In this document: positions 1-9,285 of the stretch, piece by piece
Layout of the letters: each line of letters begins with the position of its first letter
Position numbering within the stretch: position 1 is the first letter of the stretch
Origin: Candidatus Saccharimonadota bacterium
Lineage (GTDB): Bacteria; Patescibacteriota; Gracilibacteria; BD1-5; UBA6164
Assembly (NCBI GenBank): GCA_965227835.1
Contig: OZ245768.1
Location: 1,020,001 to 1,052,000 of the forward strand
Length of the DNA: 32,000 nt
Direction of reading: 5' to 3'
Made by a program: the position numbers and the translations under genes
The notes under the pieces: model-generated
Told to the model about the DNA's origin: nothing
Databases searched by the model: none
The model's input: the letters and a program-made list of their open reading frames with translations, nothing else

Positions 1-9
1 TTATAAAAA

Positions 10-1320
10 ATGCATAAAAAATTAAATGCTTTTACATTTGTGGAGTTGATGATAGTTATAATAATTTTAACTACAATATCAATGATATGATTTTCATCCT
101 ATACTTCTCACCTATCTTGAGTCAGAGATACAAATAGAATTTCACAACTAAGAGCTATCTCTGAATCTTTAAAAATATATTCTGTTTTCAACAGACTACC
201 TTACCCAGATGAAAGAGTAAGCATAAAAAATGATACAGATTATATAGCATATCAAGGTTATTTATGAGAAGAATCAATAACTCAAATAAAATATAGCTGA
301 GATTGAGTGGATCCCGAAAATTGAACTCCATTTTCATATTACTTAGATTCAAATAGGAAAAATTTTCAGCTTATGAGTTTTTTAGAAAACAATAAAGATA
401 AAATTACTTATAAGGAAACAGTTTCAAAGACCAATGCGATTGATTATGATTCAATTTATCCTTATGTAGATTGAAAAGATTTATGAATAATGACATGAAC
501 TTGAGATGATTTAAATAAACCAATTCAAGAACTATGAATAGATGAAATTGATATTTCTTCTGTTTCAACCCCTTATGTATCTTATATAAATAACGACCTT
601 AAATTGGTTTGAAACTCAGAAGTTTTATATGTATTAGAATGAATAAAAGATGCTTGAGGTATATGAGCCAACTGTAAAGAACTCATAGATTCAAGACCAA
701 GCTTGGAATGAAAAGATTGATATTATCTTATAAAACCCAGATGAGAAAAAGCTTTTATAGTACATTGTAATATGAGTCTTTATGGTTGATGATGGACTAG
801 ATATACTGAATATAGCTCATCTATGTACTATGTAAATGAACTTTGAGATTTAGTAGAAAATTTTGATGAATTATTTTATTCATATAAAAGAAGCTGAATA
901 AATGATAAATATGCTTTTAGATTTAAAAAACTTTGGACTAAACAATGTGGAGATGAACATTGACATAAATCTGATTTAAAACTAGCACTTAGAGATTATG
1001 TTGACCATATAGAAAATGAATCATGGTGATATTGTTGACGGAATAGCACAACTGGAGATGCAAATGATATAGAAATAGAGAAAATAATAAATTTTGAGTT
1101 TAAAAATGATGATTGTGTTACCTGAAACTTAAATAAAACAAGTGGTCGGAATTACTCTTGGTCTAGTGTTACAACATCAGATTGAAAATCTGTGGGAGAT
1201 CATGTACATCGGATTTCTAATCATACTGTACTTTTTTGACCAAGGTGAAACTGATCATCCCGGTGTGCCTGAGCAAATTCATGACCGAGTGCATCTGAAG
1301 TATATATGTATTTGAGATAG
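10..1320 (+). CDS. Type IV pilin-like protein (prepilin N-terminus) with fibrinogen-like C-terminal globular domain
   Basis: ATG at 10, with an in-frame TAA at 4-6 just upstream, and TAG at 1318-1320. The frame is open only if the many in-frame TGA are sense. The N-terminus MHKKLNAFTFVELMIVIIILTTI is a prepilin cleavage/methylation motif plus hydrophobic helix. The C-terminal half contains ANCKELI..DGYYLIKP..AFIVHCNMSLYGGGWTRY, which resembles the start of fibrinogen-related domains. Confidence 0.8.
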
Positions 1321-1360
1321 TTTATAATTATTTTATATGAACCAAACAAAAGTAACAAAA

Positions 1361-1395
1361 AAGAGATAAAGATTGACTTTATCTCTTTTAAAATA
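1361..1395. terminator. Hairpin terminator between convergent genes
   Basis: Stem AAGAGATAAAG (1361-1371) pairs with CTTTATCTCTT (1377-1387), with T-rich or A-rich runs on both sides. It lies between the stop at 1320 (+) and the stop at 1410 (-). Confidence 0.6.
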
Positions 1396-1409
1396 ATTTT
1401 TAAAACTTA

Positions 1410-2588
1410 TTAACTTTTAACTTTTAACTTATTTTCCTTCTCAGTATTTTTAATCTTTTTTAATTTGAAAAACAAAGAAAATATAAAATCTTTTATTTTA
1501 ACAAAAATCAAGAATATATCATATAAAAAAGGTATTTTATAGTTAAGGTTTCAAGCTTTGAGATTTCATATCGCAAAAAATAAAGGAATTAACAAAAATA
1601 ACTGGTATTTATTATCAAAAGAATAAATCAAGGCCAAAACAATAAAAGAAATACTTATTAAAAACCCATTTATTATATGATTTTTTTGTTTTGAATTTAA
1701 GTTAAACAAAGATATAAAATTTATCAAAGGAATATAAACTAAGTATTTATTGAGCTTGAAGTTTTCAAGACTTTTCAAAAATTTTAATTCAACCTGACTT
1801 CTTTTATTCTCCGCATCAGAAAAATTTTTAAAAAGAGATTCAAAATCTCTAAACTCTTTTTTTGAATTAATATAATTATAGAGATATACAAAAGATACCT
1901 TTAAATAGTTTAAAATCTCTCTAGGAAAAGGAAATTTATCAAGTTTTATATTTATAACTTCATTTCTCACAAAAATATTTATAGAACTATAAACCATAAA
2001 TATTATATAAATAAGAAGAAGGAAATTTGCTAAGTTGTTATTTCAAAAAACATATAAAAAAATTATAGTGCCAGTGAAAATAAGGTTAAATTTTGTATTG
2101 TTTTCTATTAATTTATTTTCCTTGTAAGAAGGAAGTATTAAAAAACCTAAAATAGGTATTCTTGAAAATATAAGAGTTACTTTATTTTTCTCATCAAAAC
2201 TTCAGCTTGAATCTATATCTAAAAGGTTTTTATGGTTTTTGTAATCCATAACCTGTGTCAAAATAAAAAATTTACCACAGTAAGCTTTGTACATAGCTAA
2301 TAACATAAGAACAAAAAGACCAAGATAAACTACAATAGCTATTATATCACTTATAGTATATCCCATAATTTCCCCGTAAAATCATAGTCAATAATATGCA
2401 AATATAATTGTATTTATCAAAAATCATATATGAATCATTATAGCTGTTTTTGTATGGGATTTTACAAATTCACTATTTAAAAAACTATTATTTTTACTGA
2501 ATAAAAACAATATATTCACGAATATAAAAAGATAAGCTATAATAGCATTATTTCTTATTTTTTGATTTATTTGTATTTTTTCATCCAT
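1410..2588 (-). CDS. Multi-pass integral membrane protein, unknown function
   Basis: ATG at 2588 and TAA at 1410-1412, 392 aa with TGA = Gly. I checked the frame block by block. There are several long hydrophobic segments, for example IIAYLFIFVNILFLF and DIIAIVVYLGLFVLMLLAMY. The track ORF 1566..1997 is an internal fragment. Confidence 0.75.
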
Positions 2589-2674
2589 ATTTTTGTGTTG
2601 GTTTAAAAATAGTTATTTTTGTTTTTTTATTTTTACTCTATAATAATAACATATTTTAGTTCATTAATCAAAAT

Positions 2675-3265
2675 ATGAAAATAAAAAGTGCTGAATTTCT
2701 AAAATCTGTATTCATAGATGATAATAAAGTCTTTTTTGATGAAAGAAAAGAGGTTGTTTTTGTGTGAAGATCAAATGTATGAAAATCAAGTATCATAAAC
2801 CGTTTATTAAACAAGAAAGATTTGGTAAAAATTTCCAAGAAACCATGAAAGACTAAAACTGCTAATATTTTTTTGGTAAACAAAAAATATTATTTTACAG
2901 ATTTACCATGATACTGATTTGCTAAATTATGAAAAGAAACCTTGGAAAAACTGGATGCTATTAATTCTTGGTATATTTGAGAAAGAAAACAATTTATAAA
3001 AAATATTATACTTCTAGTAGATTCAAAAATAGGATTACAAGAGAAAGATATAGACATGTTTAATTATATTCAAGAGCTAAATATACCTATTATAATACTA
3101 CTTTCTAAAATTGATAGATTAAGTAAATCTGAAATAGAAAAAGCTAAATCTGATACAGAAAAAAAACTTTTTTGACAAAAAGTTTTTGGTGTATCTTCAC
3201 ATAAAAAAATATGAACTGATGAAATTTTAAAAGAGATATCAAGAAGTCTTGAAGTTAGATTTTAG
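2675..3265 (+). CDS. engB: Ribosome-biogenesis GTPase EngB/YsxC (YihA)
   Basis: 196 aa. The P-loop FVGRSNVGKSSIINRL has both glycines encoded by TGA (2765-2767 and 2780-2782). G3 is DLPGYGF, again with TGA = G. LLSKIDRL supplies the NKxD-like G4. Confidence 0.93.
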
Positions 3266-3267
3266 AT

Positions 3268-3288
3268 TACTGATAAAATTTATCAGTA
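3268..3288. terminator. Hairpin between convergent engB and efp
   Basis: TACTGATAA (3268-3276) pairs with TTATCAGTA (3280-3288). There is no clear U-run, so termination activity is uncertain. Confidence 0.4.
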
Positions 3289-3396
3289 TCTTGTCAACAG
3301 AGGGCTTTAGGTCTTTGTAAAAATTAGCCAATTTAAATAAGATATACAATTTAAGCTTTTTATTGAAAGAGTAAATTTAAACTTTCAAACAAAATT

Positions 3397-3954
3397 CTAA
3401 GCCCTAGATTTGTATTCACCCGTTTTCGTATCAATTATCAATTTATCACCTATATTTATAAACAAAGGAACCTGTAATACAAAACCAGTATTCATAGTTG
3501 CTGGTTTTTTCCCTCAAGTAGCTGTGTCTCATTTCTCTCAAGGTGGAGTTTCTATAACTTCAAGAACACAAGTAGCTCATAAACTAACATTTATAGGATT
3601 TCAATTATACTCTTGAAGCAAAACCTTATCTCATTCTTGCATAAACAATTCTGCTCATCACAATACATTTTTATCCAAACTTACTTGCTCATAAGTATTC
3701 ATATTCATAAAATAATAAGTTTGCCCCTCATTGTATAAATAATCATAAGTACTTGTAGTAATATCAGCTGGAGGAAAACTATCTTTATCTGAGAAAGTTT
3801 TTGGAATACTAGCTCAAGTTATTAAATTTTTTGCCTTAATATTTATTATCGATCATCCTCTACCCATTACTTTTTGAGAATAAGTTATAACTTCATAGGG
3901 ATCTCAATCCATTATAAATCTCTTACCCACCTTTAGTTCGTTTCAAGAATACAT
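3397..3954 (-). CDS. efp: Elongation factor P
   Basis: 185 aa: [44 protein letters not shown] ... [51 protein letters not shown]. By my count 12 of 20 Gly codons are TGA. Confidence 0.95.
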
Positions 3955-3989
3955 AATTGAAAGTTATTAAATTTTAAATATTTAATTTT

Positions 3990-4517
3990 TTACCTAAAAA
4001 TACCTCTAATTCAATCACCTATTGAGCTTGGTATACTATTTCTGATAAAAGTAGTAGTTTCCTCTTTTACAACATGAACAATAGTTTTTATAATCTCTTT
4101 TTCAATTGCATCCTGATCAATTCATGTTTCCATACCACCTACCTGCTTATTTATATTATCTCTAATTATTGGCCTTATAGTATTTATTGTTTCATTTAAT
4201 ACTACATTATATATCTCTTTTGAAAGCTTATCTTTATCAATATTCATAGAAGATGACTTTTCAAAATCCCTTTCTATACCTTCTTTAATAAGTGGCTCAA
4301 TATATGAAACAATTTTATCACTTATCTTTTCATACAATATATCTTCAAATTTTTCTTTGTTAAACTGTAAATCTCATCATGAAATATTATTGATAGTAAC
4401 AAAAAAACTTATTATTAAAACTGTAAATACAGATAAAATACATATCAAAAATAGATAAAGTATTTTTGTTTTTTTGTTTATATTATGTAATAGTTTTTCA
4501 ATCCTTTCTTCATTCAT
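3990..4517 (-). CDS. Hypothetical membrane-anchored protein (single N-terminal TM helix)
   Basis: ATG at 4517 with an in-frame TAG two codons upstream, and TAA at 3990-3992, 175 aa. The N-terminus MNEERIEKLLHNINKKTKILYLFLICILSVFTVLIISFFV is followed by a charged, helical-looking domain. The track ORF 4122..4337 is an internal fragment. Confidence 0.65.
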
Positions 4518-4539
4518 ATTCTATGCTTAATTATAAAAA

Positions 4540-6057
4540 CTATTTAGCATATTCTATAACTCTCATCTCTCTTATTAAATTAACCTTAACTTCTCAAGGA
4601 TAAGATAATTCTTCTTGTATATTTTCAGCTATTGCTTTTGCTGTATTTTGAGCATCCAGGTCAGAAATAGTATCTGAGTCCACAAATACTCTAATTTCTT
4701 TACCAGCACTTATAGCATAAGCCTTATTAACACCAGGGAAAGAATTTGCTAAAGCTTCCATTTCTTGAACTCTTTTTATGTATTGCTCTATAGCTTCCCT
4801 TCTTGCTCATGGTCTAACAGATGATATAGCATCTGCTACCTGTACTATTGAAGCTTCTAAAGATATGGAAAACTGCTCTCAATGATGATTTTCTATCATA
4901 TCAATAATTTGAGGTTTCAAACCATATTTACGACATAATTTTCATCATATTTCAGGATGAGTTCATTCTATTTCTTGATCTAATGCCTTACCTATATCAT
5001 GCAACAATCCTCATATTTTTACTATTTTTGGATCAGCTCATAAATCTTTGGCTAAATTCTCTGCTATAATAGCTGTTTCTTTAGAGTGCTTTAATATGTT
5101 TTGTCCATAGCTAGTTCTAAATCTAAGTTTACCTATTATAGGAATTATTTCATCAGGTATATTTTCTATATTAAGCTCATCTAATATTTTATTTCACAAC
5201 TCTTTCAATAAAAGTTCAGCATCTTGCATAGTGCTAGCTACTATTTCCTCAATCCTAGCAGGTTGAATTCTACCATCTTCAATAAGTTTTTCCAAAGACT
5301 TTTTTGCTATATACCTCTTGTACAAATCAAATGCAGAAATAAAAACGGTATCTGGTGTATCATCAATTATAAGAGATACTCAAGTTTCTTTTTCAAATGT
5401 AGTTATATTTCTACCTTCTTTTCAAATTATCTTACCTTTTATATCATCACTAGGTATTTTAATAACTGTAGTAGTAACTTCACTTGTAACATCAGAAGCA
5501 TATTGTTGTATAGACTTAAGTATAATTTCCCTTGCTTCTTCTTTTTTATTTTCTTCAAGCTTCTTTTTATATTTTTTTATAATTTCAATTCCATCATTTT
5601 GATATTTTTCTTCTATTTGTTTTAAGAAAAGATCCCTTGCTTCCTCTTCACTAAGTTTTGATAATTCAGATAATTTTCATTCAAGCTCTATTTCTTTGTT
5701 TTTTAAATTATCTATCTCTATTTTTAAATTTTCTTCTCAAATAGATAACTCTTCTCTTTTTTTATCAATTATATCTAGTTTTTCTTCTATTTTCTCTTCT
5801 CTTTCAAGTATTCTTTCTTCTATTTTTTCAGATTTTCTGACAATAGAGTCTGCTTGTTTTCTAGCATCCGTTAGAATTTGACTAGATTGCTTCCTAGCAT
5901 CGGTTAAAATTTGATTGGATTCTTTTTTAGAATTTTCCAACATATCATCTCATGCTTTTCTTTTTTGCTTAATTTTTGAGTTTTCATATAAAAAGAAAAA
6001 TACTGATGAAATAGCTACTCAAAATATAGCAGAGATGATTAATAATCATATTTGCAT
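4540..6057 (-). CDS. rny: Ribonuclease Y
   Basis: 505 aa, fully translated. It has an N-terminal TM helix ([24 protein letters not shown]), a coiled coil, a KH motif (IKGKIIGKEGRNIT), an HD domain (LLHDIGKAL .. NHHGE) and the C-terminus [20 protein letters not shown]. Confidence 0.95.
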
Positions 6058-6495
6058 AAAAAAATTTGTTATAAATTAAAAAAATTAATTTATAAAAATA
6101 TTCAATTAATTCTATATATTTCTAGTATAAAATAATAGATAAATTACGAAAAATGTATTTGAATTAGTTGTATAAAACTAGTTTTTTGATTTTAGTTTAT
6201 AGACTTTTTTTGTCTTTGTTTAAAACTAGTTTTTATAAGTTTTAAATATTTTATAAATATCTTGTCTCCTTAAGAAAAAGCTATTAATATGTTAATTTTT
6301 AAAGCTTTCCATTAAATGCTTTTATATAAGTTTAAAAAGTTAATTCTAAATTCTAATCCTTTAATTATCAAAATAATTTTTTCTAAAAAAATATTTAACT
6401 TTCAAAAATTTCTAAAGCGATTTTTATATTAATGATTAGACAGAAAAAATCAAAAAAACTTTTATTTTTAAAAAAACAAAAGTTTAAAAAGACAA

Positions 6496-6519
6496 AGAGG
6501 CAGGTTTTAACCTGCCTCT
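6496..6519 (-). terminator. Intrinsic terminator, cassette A
   Basis: AGAGGCAGGT (6496-6505) pairs with ACCTGCCTCT (6510-6519), followed on the minus strand by TTGTCTTTTTAAACTTTTGTTTTTTT. The hairpin is identical to the one at 7054-7077. Confidence 0.8.
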
Positions 6520-6590
6520 CTTATTTAAGGATTATTAGCTCACAATGGCTTCATTATACTTCAACGAAGCTTGACAGCAACAACTTAGAT

Positions 6591-6845
6591 TTATTTCTCC
6601 CTGAAGTTACATTTACGAAAACAAAGAGCTTTCACTTCCGCTTCCAGCTTAAGAATATCCAACTTGTGCTGTTTCAATCTGAGCTGGTTCAGTCTGACAT
6701 GTTTAAGGGCAAGTTCTAGTTTAGCAATTTGACCTTGAACAGACTCCACAGATGTAGAATTTAGTTCATGCAAGTTAGATTCGGAGGCACAAACAGAACC
6801 AATGGATAATAATCCAAAAATAATTGCAATAAACATTTTTCCCAT
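6591..6845 (-). CDS. Small secreted coiled-coil protein (cassette A), TGA-free
   Basis: 84 aa, open in the standard code and ending in TAA. It has a signal-peptide-like N-terminus (MGKMFIAIIFGLLSIGSVCA|SE) and a strong RBS (AAAGGAGTAAGAT-ATG). The N-terminus is homologous to the 7083..7646 product. Confidence 0.7.
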   Translation of the reverse strand: MGKMFIAIIFGLLSIGSVCASESNLHELNSTSVESVQGQIAKLELALKHVRLNQLRLKQHKLDILKLEAEVKALCFRKCNFREK

Positions 6846-6989
6846 ATCTTACTCCTTTATAAAAATTGAATGGAAAATATAAAAACTTCATTCTATGCAA
6901 AACAAAACTTGTAATACAAAGAAGAAAACAACTTAGTTTTTGAATATAATTTAAATTTGAAAACTTAAATAATTCTAAAACTTGTTCGC

Positions 6990-7017
6990 ATTATAAACAT
7001 AAAAAATATTTTGTCAA
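6990..7017 (-). promoter_or_regulatory. Sigma70-like promoter of cassette A
   Basis: On the minus strand, TTGACA (7017-7012), a 16-nt spacer, then TATAAT (6995-6990). This predicts a 5'UTR of about 135 nt. Confidence 0.65.
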
Positions 7018-7053
7018 AAAATTTTTTAGATTTTTGAGTTTTTAAAAAGATAA

Positions 7054-7077
7054 AGAGGCAGGTTTTAACCTGCCTCT
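7054..7077 (-). terminator. Intrinsic terminator, cassette B
   Basis: Same hairpin, AGAGGCAGGT-TTTA-ACCTGCCTCT, placed 5 nt after the stop at 7083-7085. A T-rich tract follows on the minus strand. Confidence 0.8.
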
Positions 7078-7082
7078 TTTGC

Positions 7083-7646
7083 TTAAGGATGATTAGCCTT
7101 CAATTCGTCCAAAGATAAACATTTAATCTTAACAGCAATTACTTGTTCTCTCCCTTTTCGAGTATAATTCCTAACTTCCAAAATTTCGCATATATCTTCT
7201 TTATTTATGTAATCTTCACCTGATTTGTTATCGGCTAAAAAATCCCAATATGAAGAATAAATATTCACCTTATAATCTGATTTACTGATTGGTGAATATT
7301 GAACTATATCTCCTTTAAACGGGTAAACACCAAGCTTATACCTATATGGATAAATAGAAGTATTATGATATACATTTGAATATAAATCAATATTATCAAT
7401 GCTAGAAGATTCTTTTAACATTTTAAAATATGTACTATCTTCTATCCAAAACATTGCTCTATCAACACCTACACTTGCTGTAAAACTTCTCGAGGCATAC
7501 TCTACCCAAAAGCCCCCAGAATTATCTTCTTCAAAATTTGATTGAAAAGATTCATCCGCAGCATTTGAATAAAATGAATTGATTTCAAAAGCATGAACAG
7601 AATTAATGTATAATAATCCAAAAAGTAACATAAATATTTTTCCCAT
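7083..7646 (-). CDS. Secreted protein (cassette B), TGA-free
   Basis: 187 aa, open in the standard code and ending in TAA. The signal peptide is MGKIFMLLFGLLYINSVHA|FE. All 9 Gly codons are GGN and none is TGA. The RBS AAAGGAGTAAGAT-ATG is identical to cassette A. Confidence 0.75.
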   Translation of the reverse strand: MGKIFMLLFGLLYINSVHAFEINSFYSNAADESFQSNFEEDNSGGFWVEYASRSFTASVGVDRAMFWIEDSTYFKMLKESSSIDNIDLYSNVYHNTSIYPYRYKLGVYPFKGDIVQYSPISKSDYKVNIYSSYWDFLADNKSGEDYINKEDICEILEVRNYTRKGREQVIAVKIKCLSLDELKANHP

Positions 7647-7788
7647 ATCTTACTCCTTTATAAAAATTGAATGGAAAATATAAAAACTTCATTCTATGCA
7701 AAACAAAACTTGTAATACAAAGAAGAAAACACCTTAGTTTTTGAATATAATTTAAATTTAAAAACTTAAATATTCTAAAACTTTTTAC

Positions 7789-7816
7789 ATTATATATATA
7801 AAAAATATTTTGTCAA
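7789..7816 (-). promoter_or_regulatory. Sigma70-like promoter of cassette B
   Basis: On the minus strand, TTGACA (7816-7811), a 16-nt spacer, then TATAAT (7794-7789). It lies inside the duplicated block of about 195 bp. Confidence 0.65.
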
Positions 7817-7932
7817 AAAATTTATCTCAAAACTCCCGAGTTTTTATGCTTTATAGTTTATTTTTTACCTTTATATAAGTAAAAACAGAGTTTTTATATT
7901 GATTAAATTTTATAAAGATAAAATTAGTTTAA

Positions 7933-9136
7933 GGGTCTGTTGCGTTTTGATTTTAAAAAGAGTTTTAATTAAGAAAAGTACTAAATAGATGAAAGATTTA
8001 TAAAATTCATCTATTTTTTGTTAAATTATAGCCATTTTTATATATAATTTAGGATTTTAGACAAAATCCACCTAAGGAAACTAATCTAAGCTATTGGGAT
8101 TTCCTCTAATACAACCAATCTTTTGAGATTAAAAGATATAGCTTCCATAAATGCAGTAAACTGGTTTTTTACTACAGATTTATATCTCACTCTATGATTC
8201 ATTTTTGAAAATACTCTCTCATAAGGAGATCTAAGTTTAGAATAAAATCTATCTTTATCCTTATCCTTCTCTTTCATATTATTCTTCTTTATTGCACATA
8301 AATGTAATCACTTCTTTTTTGATGATAATATAGCTGGTCAAATACAATATCACTTATCAGCATATACTGCTCATGAATTTGGTAATACATGTTTCATTCA
8401 CTTTGCATCTGTTACATTAGCTTGAGTTATAGCTATCTTGTTTATCATTCAAGATTGCATATCAACACTAGCGTGTTTTTTATATCCATACCAAAATTTA
8501 TTTTTTCACTTAGATCAAATTTTAGCTTCCTTATCATTAGCAACTTTTGGAAGAGTTTCATTATTCATTTTTTCATATCATTCTTTTATTCATTTATCTC
8601 TTTCTTCCCATAAATTAGCTTTAGTAACTAAATGAGAAGCATCTACAAATGTAAACACTTCACTCATATACCCCTTATTTGATAATTGATTTTTTAAATC
8701 TTCAAATATCTTTGATAGTTCATTTGTTCATATCTTTTTTCTTGCTCTTGAGAATATACTATAATCTGGAGTTTTATCTGTTAATTTAAATCAGCAAAAC
8801 CATTTACCAGCTAAATTTTCTGCAAGATATTTCTCTAACTCTCTATCTGATAGATCTTCCATAAACTGGATTAGTAAACATAGAAATAATTTTTTTACTC
8901 AATATCATACATGAGTTTTTCATAGATCTATATTTTTTAGTATTTTATTTACTCAATCAAAGTTCCACAATTTCTTAAATTTACGATATTGATGATTTTC
9001 TGGAATTAGCTCGTTTAGGATAACAAAACTTATTTGATTTGATTCTCACATAGGTATTTTCTTAGAATATAATTACTATCTAATTATATCTCTTTTTTCT
9101 CTTTTTAATAGCTAAAATCTAATTTGCAACAGACCC
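7933..9136 (-). mobile_element. IS5-family insertion sequence (1204 bp), intact
   Basis: The terminal inverted repeats are GGGTCTGTTGC (7933-7943) and GCAACAGACCC (9126-9136). A direct TTTAA duplication flanks the element (7928-7932 and 9137-9141). It encodes one DDE transposase. Confidence 0.85.
8086..9051 (-). CDS. IS5-family DDE transposase (DUF772 N-terminal domain plus DDE_Tnp_1-like domain)
   Basis: 321 aa, checked block by block, with more than 20 in-frame TGA = Gly. The motifs are LFLCLLIQFMEDLSDRELEKYLAENLAGKWFCGFKL..PDYSIFSRARKKIG, then D (FVDASHL), D (VYADKGY) and E (RSPYERVFSKMN). The track ORF 8086..8277 is its C-terminus. Confidence 0.88.
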
Positions 9137-9285
9137 TTTAAATAAGTCATTTATAAAACACAAAAGATAAAACACTAAAAATAGTTCAATATCTTCTTAT
9201 TTAAAGTAAAAGATAAGAATACTTTTTATAAAAACTCGGGAGTTTTGAAATTTATGATTTAGTGAAAAAAATAGATTTTAAAATA

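Larger units (their letters stand above)
7826..9248. mobile_element. MITE-like element (about 215 bp without the nested IS) with 21-22 bp terminal inverted repeats
   Basis: TCAAAACTCCCGAGTTTTTAT at 7827-7847 is the exact reverse complement of 9228-9248. AATTTAT flanks both ends (7819-7825 and 9249-9255). The interior is disrupted by the IS at 7933-9136. Confidence 0.5.

Noticed and set aside
5224-5881. Plus-strand track ORFs 5224..5625, 5318..5602 and 5696..5881
   Set aside because: They are antisense to the fully verified rny gene, and their low-complexity Phe/Ser/Ile-rich peptides are typical of AT-rich antisense frames. The same applies to the plus-strand ORFs over the ribosomal genes (for example 11750..12004, 14386..14754 and 19629..20045).
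6846-6985. A conserved upstream ORF (MKFLYFPFNFYKGVRYGK...) in the duplicated 5'UTR of the cassettes, as a possible leader peptide
   Set aside because: Its conservation is explained by the near-identical DNA duplication. It has no RBS, it overlaps the main start out of frame, and its two copies end differently.
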